Part shown: positions 44,288 to 54,800 of the stretch, piece after piece
Layout of the letters: each line of letters opens with the position of its first letter
Position numbering within the stretch: position 1 is the first letter of the stretch
From: Balanoglossus misakiensis
Taxonomy: Eukaryota > Animalia > Hemichordata
DNA length: 64,000 bases
Direction: 5' to 3'
Assembly: GCA_040954595.2 (NCBI GenBank)
Contig: CM082597.2
Span: 4,283,244-4,347,243, forward strand
The notes under the pieces: model-generated
Database searches by the model: none
Told to the model about the DNA's origin: nothing
Seen by the model: the letters and a program-made list of their open reading frames with translations, nothing else
Position numbers and translations under genes: made by a program

Positions 44288-45391
44288 CTTTGATGATGAT
44301 GATGATGATGATGCTTTGATGATGATGAAGATGATGATGCTTTGATGATGATGATGATGATGTTGATGATGCTTTGATGATGATGATGATGATGATGCTT
44401 TGATGATGATGCTTTGATGATGATGATGATGATGCTTTGATGATGATGATGATGATGCTTTGATGATGATGATGCTTTGATGATGATGATGCTTTGATGA
44501 TGCTTTGATGATGATGCTTTGATGATGCTTTGATGATGATGCTTTGATGATGATGATGATGCTTTGATGATGATGATGCTTTGATGATGATGATGATGAT
44601 GCTTTGATGATGATGATGCTTTGATGATGATGATGATGATGCTTTGATGATGATGATGCTTTGATGATGATGATGCTTTGATGATGATGATGCTTTGATA
44701 ATGATGATGCTTTGATGATGATGATGCTTTGATGATGATGATGCTTTGATGATGATGATGCTTTGATGATGCTTTGATGATGATGATGATGATGCTTTGA
44801 TGATGATGATGCTTTGATGATGATGATGCTTTGATGATGATGATGCTTTGATGATGATGATGCTTTGATGATGATGATGCTTTGATGATGATGCTTTGAT
44901 GATGATGATGATGATGATGCTTTGATGATGATGATGCTTTGATGATGATGATGATGATGATGCTTTGATGATGATGATGCTTTGATGATGATGATGCTTT
45001 GATGATGATGATGCTTTGATAATGATGATGCTTTGATGATGATGATGCTTTGATGATGATGATGCTTTGATGATGATGATGCTTTGATGATGCTTTGATG
45101 ATGATGATGATGATGATGCTTTGATGATGATGATGATGATGCTTTGATGATGATGATGATGATGATGATGCTTTGATGATGCTTTGATGATGATGCCTTT
45201 ATGATGATGATGATGCTTTGATGATGATGATGATGATGCTTTGATGATGATGCTTTGATGATGATGATGATGATGATGATGCTTTGATGATGATGATGAT
45301 GATGCTTTGATGATGATGATGATGATGCTTTGATGACGATGATGATGCTTTGAGTATGATGATGATGCTTTGATGATGATGATGATGATGC

Positions 45392-45453
<62 letters not shown>
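44256..45453. repeat. Compound (GAT)n/GCTTT minisatellite, about 1.2 kb
   Basis: Runs of GAT punctuated by GCTTT, ending in a pure GAT run. Confidence 0.95.
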
Positions 45454-45454
<1 letters not shown>

Positions 45455-45848
45455 AGAGGTGGTGACGACGACAATGACGGCGGCGACGACGACGACGACG
45501 ACCACCATCATCATCCCATTGAAGACTCCATGCCTGTCCCGGCGGGGCTAAAGTCCCATAACTGTATCCATCGAAATAAAATCGACTTCTAGATATTACT
45601 TCAAAGCTGTTGGAAGTATTCTCAGATGGTATCCCGTTCCCCCGGAGAGGTTTTGGTTCATCGCGGCGAAAAGCCAGGTCATGTCGTCACATGGCGTAGC
45701 CAGGTGGGAAATCTTACAGTGTGTGGGAAGGGCACAGCGCGTCTGGTCCCATGTCGTGGAGACGCCTGGAGCCAGTGCTATTGGGTGACGACCTCGCCGC
45801 GATTAGCGTGACAGAGGAGAGCGCTTCTCGTCTCATGAATGATAGACA

Positions 45849-46413
45849 TGTCGAGATTTTTCCTTCGTCGTTATTATTACGTTGAGACTGGTCAGGTGAT
45901 CAGTAAGGGTAACGACCTTACACCCGAGTGACAGAGCGCACAAGGACAAAATAATAAAGTGTAGAAGCCAACGTGGCGTATTTATTAACTGAACACGAAA
46001 AATTATCAACAATACTGCGTAAAAATGAAGAGCTGTACCTTCTTTGCTGTTGCTGGTGTGGCCTCGATAAGAAAAACCCCTTGAGCGACCCCGTTTTAAA
46101 GAGAATCGCTACTTATATACCCTCGGGTCGGATTCAAAATCAGAAAAGCTAATTTGCATATCGGACGTCGGAGAAAGCACCTAAAATCTACATATCATGT
46201 CGGCTTCAAGCCAAGAAAAGTAGCTAAATAAATGATTGACAGCTGTCGCTCGAAATCGTCGTTGCTAGACAACCAAAGGCAAACATTGAATGAAAACTGA
46301 ACGTGCGTACTAACAGGCTAATCGGTTTTGGCGCGTGTGCCGCGCCTGCTGAGTAATTACAAAAACCGCAAAGGCATTCAGAAATGTAAAATGGACCTCG
46401 TTAAACCTCTACA
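45849..46413 (-). repeat. 3' LTR
   Basis: Direct repeat of 56415-56979 with no difference seen by eye. Adjacent to the polypurine tract. Confidence 0.96.
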
Positions 46414-46426
46414 TTACCCCCCTCTA
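46414..46426 (-). other. Polypurine tract
   Basis: Minus strand reads AGAGGGGGGTAA immediately before the TGTAG of the 3' LTR. Confidence 0.85.
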
Positions 46427-46567
46427 AGACAATAAAGTTCCGACTATTGTACAAGAAAAAGTTGAATCGCAAAAATATTTCTAAGGGAAGGGACACCCCA
46501 CCCCGTACAGCTTCACAATGAGAAAAATGCAGAAAATGTTCAAGAAAAAGAGTTCAATACAAAAATG

Positions 46568-47236
46568 TTACTCGTCGTCTCTCCCCGGCGTCCGCGGCGG
46601 CAGATTCAAATTCTCTTCATCTTCTGGGCTCAGCTCTAATAGCTGTAGTCTGGGTCGACCGGCGGTGCTGGTTCTGGCCTGGCTGGTAGTTACCTTCTTT
46701 GCTGATGGGGCTCCCCTCCTTCTCTTCTTGGTCTGGGTCCCCGGGGTGTTGGCAGGTGGCTTGTCGGTCCTTTGCTGAAGGACGACTGTACGGGCGCAGG
46801 AGGAGACGGTCGGCGTCGCTGCCGCCGGCAGCTGCAGAACGGTCCCCGGCTCCACAGGTGGACCGGACGTTGTCGTTGATGCTGTGGTCGAATTCAGCAG
46901 ATAGTAGGTCCGCGTGGTGTTGGTCTCCGCCTTGATTGCTCCATGGGAGTATATGCGGTGGGTGTGCGAATCTTCCACTCTCTCCACCCGATTGAAATCG
47001 ATCGGGGCGAATACATCACCATGACGGACGGGTTGGGGTGTTGACGGTCGGCGCCGTGTGGAATCTGCGGGTGGGGCTGGATCTGCCTCGGCGACGGACA
47101 CGGTACTGGTAGCTACGCTGCCGGTGTTTCGGTGGGCGACGCACGGGTGTTCGTTGTACTCGAACGAGTGTTCGAATACGCATCCACACCTAATACAAAT
47201 TCGTCTCCCTGCCTGATCTCGCCTGAAGGAGTTCAT
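46568..47236 (-). CDS. Accessory ORF of the Gypsy element (Cys/His-rich N-terminus, basic NLS-like C-terminus), function unknown
   Basis: 222-aa ATG-initiated ORF between pol and the PPT, with CIRC-x12-H-x-C-x2-H and KKRRR. No signal peptide or TM segment is visible. Confidence 0.55.
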   Translation of the reverse strand: MNSFRRDQAGRRICIRCGCVFEHSFEYNEHPCVAHRNTGSVATSTVSVAEADPAPPADSTRRRPSTPQPVRHGDVFAPIDFNRVERVEDSHTHRIYSHGAIKAETNTTRTYYLLNSTTASTTTSGPPVEPGTVLQLPAAATPTVSSCARTVVLQQRTDKPPANTPGTQTKKRRRGAPSAKKVTTSQARTSTAGRPRLQLLELSPEDEENLNLPPRTPGRDDE

Positions 47237-47896
47237 CTCTTGTAGTTTAGTGGTTTCTGCGCTGATCGGACCGGGTGAGAAGAGCGACGTTCCCGGTTCA
47301 TTGTTGCCCTATTTATACTGTTCTCAACGTAGCGAACCAAGCTTGGTCCAACCCCCCTAAAATTAACCGTGACGGAACGGAGGATTGCCGTTGGTCGTCT
47401 AAGAAATCCACGCAAGTCGTGCGCTGATTGGACGCTTTTTCACGGCCAGCGGAGTGCCGATGATCCTCAATCCAAACAGAAAAAGAGAAGTTTTCGCCAA
47501 TGGTGAATTCATGTAGAAAGCACAAAATTCGACGTGCTTACCTTCTGGACAGTCGAAATAATTTTTGAAGACAGCATATCGTCGCCGGTACATACGGCAT
47601 ATGATACTATCGGCCGGCTCCTATCTAAATTCTAATATATCAGGTATATCGCTCGACGGCATTCTCGCTGCATCGTGCGACTTCTCGCTTCATCGTAGTC
47701 GTAGTCGTAGTCGTAGGCTAAGATACATCACCATCTCTATCTATCTCGGCCTTCTGATTTATTAAATAATTCCTTTTCCCGCACTTCACTTCCGTCGTCC
47801 TTCCTCCCGCACTCTTGTTCCTGGCTACACTGGGCAGAGATGCCAATCTCTGGGGAGCGTGCGATTCTCCCGTGATACCCGTCGTATCCTCTGCGG

Positions 47897-50891
47897 CTAC
47901 ACGCTGTCGTTGCCGGGACAATATGACCAATCACCGTAGCGCTGGGGCGGTTGCCGTTGTCTCTGGGGATATAGCCGGTGGCGGCTCATGTTCGAACGCC
48001 GGTAGGCGCGTGAACGTTGCCGCGGTGGGGACGAGCGGTGAACACAGTCACCCGGTTCGCTTCTATCATTTTCACTGTTTTCGGTAGCTGTGATAATTCG
48101 CTGTTTGTCCCGCCAGTCGACGCCGTCGTTACCCGTATAAGGTTTTAGGCGATCGTAGTGTATCACTCTTGGTCGGTAATTTCTACCACGTTGAATTCTG
48201 AATAGCACATCGGACAATTTATCAGTGATGAGGTAGGGGCCGTCCCACCGGCGGGCTGCTAACTTTCTTGAAGTCCCCTTTTTGAACGCCTCGATGTGAA
48301 GCCAGACGAACTGGCCAACTTCAAGTGGAGTTCCTGATGCACGATTGTCGTATTCTCGCTTCTGTGTAACCGCACTCTTTTTCAGTGCAAGGCGGGCGCG
48401 CTCGTGCGCCAGTTGCATCCTCTTACGGAGTTGTAGTGCATAATCTGTATTCTCGTTCTGGTCGGGTTCGGGTGTGGGGCCGTGTAGTAAATCTATTGGT
48501 AGTGCGACTTCTCTACCGAGCATCAACATCGCCGGTGTTTCCGACGTACTCGCCTGGACGCTACTTCGGTACGCCATCATCGCGTACGGGACCACAAGAT
48601 CCCAATCGGATTGGTCGGGGTCGACCAAGATTGAGACTGACTGCGAAATTGTCCTCATGAACCGTTCGACGTATCCATCACTCTTTGGGTTGTAGGGCGC
48701 TGTGCGGGTTTTCTTAATGCCTAGCAGCCGACATACTTCTGACATAACCCGTGACTCGAAGTTTGCACCTTGGTCGGAATGAAGTTGACGTGGTGTGCCG
48801 AAACGGGTTATAAACTCGCCGGCCAATTTCTCGGCGACCGTCGTAGCCTCTTGGTTAGGGATGGGGTACGCCTCTACCCACTTGGTGAAATAATCGCCGA
48901 TGACCAAAATCCACCTGTTGTTGCGTTCGGTGATAGGAAAGGGGCCAATTATATCGAATGCCACTCGATCAAGAGGGGATCCGACGACGTACTGTTGAAG
49001 CCGTCCACGACGTTTTCGTCCATGGCTCTTTCTAGCAGCACATACGTCGCATCGTCTGATCATCGCCCTAATGTCGTTCGTCGCACCATACCAATAATAC
49101 CGTTGGAGGATTTTTCGTTTCGTCTTAAAAACACCAAAATGAGCTGCAGTTTTGGCCGAATGTAACTCGTCGAATATTTCGTCTTTGAGTGAGCACGGGG
49201 GAATCAGTAATAATCGGTGGGTATTGTCTCGGCTGGATATCCATCGCCGATAAAGTACGCCGTCGTGAATTTCTAGCAAATCCCACGAACCCCAATATGC
49301 CTTTACTGCTGAACTGGAAGGGGATACCGTTTGCCAGTCTGGGCGCGTATCGTCACCTTCCTTCAGTCGTAATATTGGGCCAACGTCGGGATCATCCAGT
49401 TGTAGTTTTCGCAGTGTTTCGTTGTCATAACGTAGTTGTAGGCCAATTGCATTTGTCGTTTTCTCTTCCGGGTCGCCGTCGACATCAGGACAACTTGATT
49501 TACGACGCTCGGTTTCGGGTCCGGTTGACGTCGACGTTGGCAGGTCCCCGGTTGATGATGAGTTTGTGTTCGCTGGGTCGGTCTCGGTCTGTGTTGCTGT
49601 CGATTGGTAACCTGGCACCGTCACCTTCGCTAACGTTGGTGCGTTCTCTCGGTCGGCAGGCCTATCGCTGGGGTGGGCTCGTCCACACTGTCGGCACGGC
49701 CTCCTTGACAGGCCGTCTGCATTCTGATGTTTCTTTCCCGGTCGATGTATTATTTTGTAGTCGAATTCGCTTATAACTTCGAGCCAACGAGCCAGTTGTC
49801 CTTCAGGTTCCTTGAAGTTGACAAGCCATCGGAGAGAGGCGTGGTCTGTTCGAAGTGTGAAGGGCTGACCGTATAAATATGGGCGAAAGTGTTTCATGAA
49901 GTGGACCGCTGCGAGTAATTCTTTCCGCGTAACACAGTAGTTCCGCTCGGCTTTCGATAGACTCCGGCTGGCAAAGCTGATGACTCGTTCAACGCCGTTT
50001 TCGATTTGAGAGAGGACGCCGCCTATCCCAAACTTACTAGCGTCGGTGTCGAGGATGAGGGGAGCATCGGGGATTGGATAAGCTAACACTGGCGCACTTA
50101 TGAGCTTTCCTTTGAGAGTGTTGAAGGCGCAGTCGCATTCGTTGTCCCAGAAGAAGGGTTGGTTTTTCTCGGTCAGCCTGGTAAGGGGTCTCGCGATGAT
50201 TGAAAAGTTGTGGACGAACCGGCGATAGTAAGACGCAAGGCCTAAGAATGCGCGAACTTCATGCACGTTTGTCGGTGTGGGCCAAAACTTGACGGCTTCG
50301 ACCTTTTTGGGGCTCGTTTCGATCCCGGCGGCGGAAACGCGATGGCCTAAATAGTCGACTTGTTTCTGAAACAATTTGCATTTACTGGGTTTCAACTTTA
50401 AGCCGGCTGTCTGCAAACGATGGAATACCATGTCTAGTCGTTCTAACATTTGGTCGAAGGAAGAGGCGAAAACGATGATATCGTCTAAATACAACAGCAG
50501 GATCTCCCATTGTAACCCTGCCAGTGCGTACTCCATCAGTCGTTGAAAAGTTGCCGGCGCGTTGCAAAGTCCGAACGGCATCACTTTCCACTGAAACAGG
50601 CCGTTCCATGTTGTGAAGGCAGTCTTTTCTTTGGCATCGTCGTCGAGTGCCACCTGCCAAAAGCCACTGGTGAGGTCGAGCGTTGTGAACCAGCAAGCTC
50701 CGGCAAGTGCGTTGACACTGTCTTCGATTCGTGGTATGGCGTATGCATCCTTTTTCGTGATGTCGTTAAGACGGCGGTAGTCTACACAGAACCGAGAGCT
50801 ACCGTCCGATTTACGCACTAGAACAATCGGAGCAGCCCAGGGACTGTGAGATGGCTCGATTACGTCACTACGAAGCATCTCATTCACTAAT
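47897..50891 (-). CDS. pol: Gypsy pol, 3' part (reverse transcriptase, RNase H, integrase); interrupted upstream
   Basis: RFCVDYRRLN, MPFGLCNAPATFQR, YLDD, LDTDAS, TDHASL, NADGLSR, H-x6-H..CDVC zinc finger and the FDIIGP/HSDQG/VER DDE core. Confidence 0.95.
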
Positions 50892-51182
50892 AACAGTATA
50901 GAAAACATTTTCCAATTTCCGAAAAGTAGCCGTTTTTTAAACTTTTTTCAAGGAAATTAGTGTTTTGTTCACAGTACAATATATTTCGATATTTTTCTAT
51001 GATTATTTTCAAGATGTTTGCGAGTGTGCAGAAAGAAAAGAATAAACTGTGAAATTTCCATAGAAATAATGAAGGAGCCATCTTTGGGTTGTATGGATTT
51101 GAATATTTCATTGAAAAAAACTAATAATTAAATTATGAATTCAATTAATAGTACAATTTGCAAAAATTGCTAGTCACTCCAG

Positions 51183-51612
51183 AAGGGTCAGTGTCTGGAA
51201 ATTTCCGGACACTCAGGGAATGTGAGAGCCTGGAAATTTCCAAGCACTGACAAGGGTCAGTGGTCGGAAATTTCCAGACACTCAGGGAATGTGAGAGCCT
51301 GGAAATTTCCAAGCACTGACAAGGGTCAGTGGTCGGAAATTTCCAGACACACAGGGAATGTGAGAGCCTGGAAATTTCCAAGCACTGACAAGGGTCAGTG
51401 GTCGGAAATTTCCAGACACTCAGGGAATGTGAGAGCCTGGAAATTTCCAAGCACTGACAAGGGTCAGTGGTCGGAAATTTCCAGACACTCAGGGAATGTG
51501 AGAGCTTAGAAATTTCCAAGCACTGACAAGGGTCAGTGGTCGGAAATTTCCAGACACTCGGGGAATGTGAGAGCCTGGAAATTTCCAAGCATTGACAGGG
51601 TCAGTGCTTGGA
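51183..51612 (-). repeat. 69-bp tandem array, about 6 units (left arm)
   Basis: Unit cactgacaagggtcagtggtcggaaatttccagacactcagggaatgtgagagcctggaaatttccaag. Confidence 0.95.
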
Positions 51613-52072
51613 AATCTTGAGTTTCTCTATCATGTTTCAAATTAAGGCCTTTAGGAAAACGATCTGTTGAGGAACTGCGCCTGTGTTTATATCTTCAACC
51701 CTACGGATGAGATTGGTCATTTGACTGCGGTGGCCTCTTCTGCTGTTCTTCTCTCTCTCTCCATGCCCGACATCCTGGTCTCGGCACCAACAAATGTACC
51801 GCGTACACTTGGGAATAGGTTCGGAATGAAGAGAGAGGGGCGGGATGGCCAATACTTCTTTATAAACAGTGGTTTGAACTGTGACATTTGGTAACACTGC
51901 ATAATTCAAGAACAATAGCATTTGGTAGTTGTGAAGTTGTGACTTTGTATACAGAGTAGAAAGAACAATTATGTCAGATAAACAATCCCAATTCCCAATA
52001 AACAACTAGTGTATGGGCTAACTCAGAGGAGTTGGTAGGCGAAGCCTGTCATGAACATTGTGACGCTAAACT

Positions 52073-52458
52073 CTCCTTAGACAAACCTGTTGCGTCTGCG
52101 GTCCAGATCCGTACCAGAGCTTTTCGCCGAAATTCGATTTTATCGGGAGAATATCCTTTCCCTGTCTACTAACCGGTTATAACCGACTCCACGATTGACT
52201 TCTTCTAACATCCGAACCGCTCGCTTTCTGAAACTTTTGTGTTTACCCATTGAGATAACCTCACTGTATTCAATATGGCGATCTCAACAGGTAAACACAA
52301 GAGAAAATCAGAAAGCGAGCGGCTCGGAAGTTAATTACATCATATTTGGAGTCATTTGTGGGTAGACGGGGGAAAGATTCCCCCCGATAAAATCGAATCT
52401 CGGCCGAAAAGCTGCTGTCCGGATCCGGATCTCAGACGAATCAGTTTTGTCCATGGAG
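52073..52458. repeat. Long imperfect palindrome in the centre of the foldback element
   Basis: Inverted arms: gcttttcgccgaaattcgattttatcggg / cccgataaaatcgaatctcggccgaaaagc and ccgctcgctttctga..tgtgtttacc / ggtaaacaca..tcagaaagcgagcgg. Confidence 0.8.
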
Positions 52459-52524
52459 CCTTGCAGAGATGTGGTGGAAGCCATGTATTAAACGCCGGGA
52501 GAACGCAGACCTGTACGGGGGACT

Positions 52525-53128
52525 ACCACGACCCTGTCAGTGCTTGGAAATTTCAAGGCTCTCACATTCCCTGAGTGTCTGGAAATTTCCGACCACTGAC
52601 CCTTGTCAGTGCTTGGAAATTTCTAAGCTCTCACATTCCCTGAGTGTCTGGAAATTTCCGACCACTGACCCTTGTCAGTGCTTGGAAATTTCCAGGCTCT
52701 CACATTCCCTGAGTGTCCGGAAATTTCCGACCACTGACCCTTGTCAGTGCTTGGAAATTTCTAAGCTCTCACATTCCCTGAGTGTCTGGAAATTTCCGAC
52801 CACTGACCCTTGTCAGTGCTTGGAAATTTCCAGGCTCTCACATTCCCTGAGTGTCTGGAAATTTCCGACCACTGACCCTTGTCAGTGCTTGGAAATTTCT
52901 AAGCTCTCACATTCCCTGAGTGTCTGGAAATTTCCGACCACTGACCCTTGTCAGTGCTTGGAAATTTCTAAGCTCTCACATTCCCTGAGTGTCTGGAAAT
53001 TTCCGACCACTGACCCTTGTCAGTGCTTGGAAATTTCCAGGCTCTCACATTCCCTGAGTGTCTGGAAATTTCCGACCACTGACCCTTGTCAGTGCTTGGA
53101 AATTTCCAAGCTCTCACATGCCACTGAC
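52525..53128 (+). repeat. 69-bp tandem array, about 8.5 units (right arm, inverted relative to the left)
   Basis: Reverse complement of the left-arm unit. Confidence 0.95.
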
Positions 53129-53658
53129 TCTTTTCCAAGTATTTCAGCTGCAAAATATGGATTTGTCAATTAGCAGTGCTTATTTCCTAAAATTCATACG
53201 AAATCCAACGGATTTGTGTGATACGGATATTAATCTAACAATTCTTGTAATAAATATTGGGTTTCAGATTTACTTTTTGATGCTGTTGTTTTTTCTGGCG
53301 AAATTTTACAAGCAATTCACACACTTGCAAATTTTCAATAGAAATATTACTCATGATAAACATGGAGACAAAATTTCATTAGAAAAAAATCAAAAGGACT
53401 GTCATGTACGTGGCTTTGAAGGAGACTCAGTTTTTTCACAGATAAATTTTAATTTGAGTTTAAAGCCAAAATATGACAAAATGCATTTTTCCTGCTGTAT
53501 AGCTGCAGGAAAGAGACTATGAATACCTTTATGTATTTTTTTCATTAGAAATTGGCAAAGAATAAGGAATATTTTCATAAATTTCTAACTTTTTCAGCAG
53601 TAATTATGTAAAAAAGAGGTTTTTCGGAAATTGGAAAATGTTTTCTATACTGTTTAAT

Positions 53659-54800
53659 TTGGTCGTCTCTTCCCGAGTCCAGGGGGATTGTCGTCGGGGT
53701 TGTTGTCTGAGCGGTGGATGATCACCAGTTGAAATATGATGTTTCGTTATGTTGCTCCGGCCGACGTCGCTTTTATCTCTGGAGAAAATATTCTCCCATT
53801 TGCAGAGAAAGTCGGCAATTTTCCCCGCATTCGATTTTCCCACTGTCTCGAGACTTTCCTTATATATATCTTCCAGATGCGTCGGTATCGGTTTAGGTGG
53901 GGTGGAGAATTCGTTCTTAGGGTTACCAATCGCTGGCTCTACAGGTTGGGGAAGAATTGTTGTATCGGTGCTGGTAGTTACGGCGACCACCGTACCACGC
54001 CGAATGAAGTGGTCCTTTTCGCTGACGTTCAATAATCGCAATGGCACGTTTCTATTGGCGGTACTGACTAAAATTCTTCCGACGACAACACCGTGTTTCG
54101 CCGCCAGATTACCTCGTGTTGGCTCGACAACACCACAAATACTACCTGTGATGGGACGGGATAAATGACCAGCGACGACCACCTCATGACCGGCAGGCAC
54201 GACGACGTCGTGTGTCACTGACACCCGGGCAGTCAGGTTTCCTCCCCGCCGGTCCAACAAGGGGACGTCTCCGTCGTGAAATCCCAACGTCAAAGAATGC
54301 GTACGAATTTCTGCCTGACCCTGTAGTAAGTAGTCGCCCCCCAGAATTACATTTTCACTAATGTCGGCAACGAATGCATGCATTTCTGTCGTATTATTAC
54401 CCACCGAAATATTGAAGTCGGCCTCCCCGTAAAGAAAAAGACGTGTAGACCCATCGGCCATGGACGGTTGAATAGTTGACGGGGCTAGCGGAGGGCGACG
54501 AGACTCCGGTAACTTATTATACACTTGCTTTGAAATTATTGTGATTTCCGACCCGCTATCAATGAAAGAACAAACGTCTAACCCATTGATTCGAGTCATT
54601 ACGTAGAACGCCGGTCGCAAATTATGACTAAAACCATTGTCGTCATTCTGTCGTTTATTGGAACTGGGGGAAAAAGTAACATCTCTGTTGCCGTTGCGGT
54701 TTGCTGGTCGATGGTGGGGTCTTACAAATTTCGGGGGCGGGGCTGGGTACCGTTGTCCGACCTCGCGTTGCCCCTGTCGTTTGGTCGGCTGTCGTTTCCC
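53659..54800 (-). CDS. pol: Gypsy pol, 5' part (aspartic protease to the start of RT), in the -1 frame relative to gag
   Basis: Protease motif FIDSGSEITII, VILGGDYL and HHISTGDHPPLRQQPRR. Lies within ORF 53604..54899. Confidence 0.9.

Larger units (their letters stand above)
50892..53654. mobile_element. Non-autonomous foldback-like DNA transposon (2763 bp) inserted in pol
   Basis: TIR of about 34 bp, AACAGTATAGAAAACATTTTCCAATTTCCGAAAA, at both ends. TSD TAAT (50888-50891 and 53655-53658). Removing the element restores the pol frame: ..EETTKL|VNEMLRSDVIEPS. Confidence 0.92.

Noticed and set aside
44207-45514. 435-aa His/Ile/Ser-rich ORF
   Set aside because: Translation of the GAT/GCTTT satellite.
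45626-45848. Host gene disrupted by the LTR insertion
   Set aside because: Joining the flanks across the TSD gives only short, unrecognisable frames on either strand.
46568-47236. env gene
   Set aside because: No signal peptide, furin site plus fusion peptide, or TM anchor is visible.
51183-53128. CRISPR-like array of palindromic repeats
   Set aside because: Units are head-to-tail and near-identical with no unique spacers, there are no cas genes, and the context is eukaryotic. These are subterminal tandem repeats of a TIR element.
52469-53173. ORFs encoding a 23-aa Cys-containing repeat (also 51145..51588)
   Set aside because: A by-product of a stop-free 69-bp unit. There is no independent evidence of coding.
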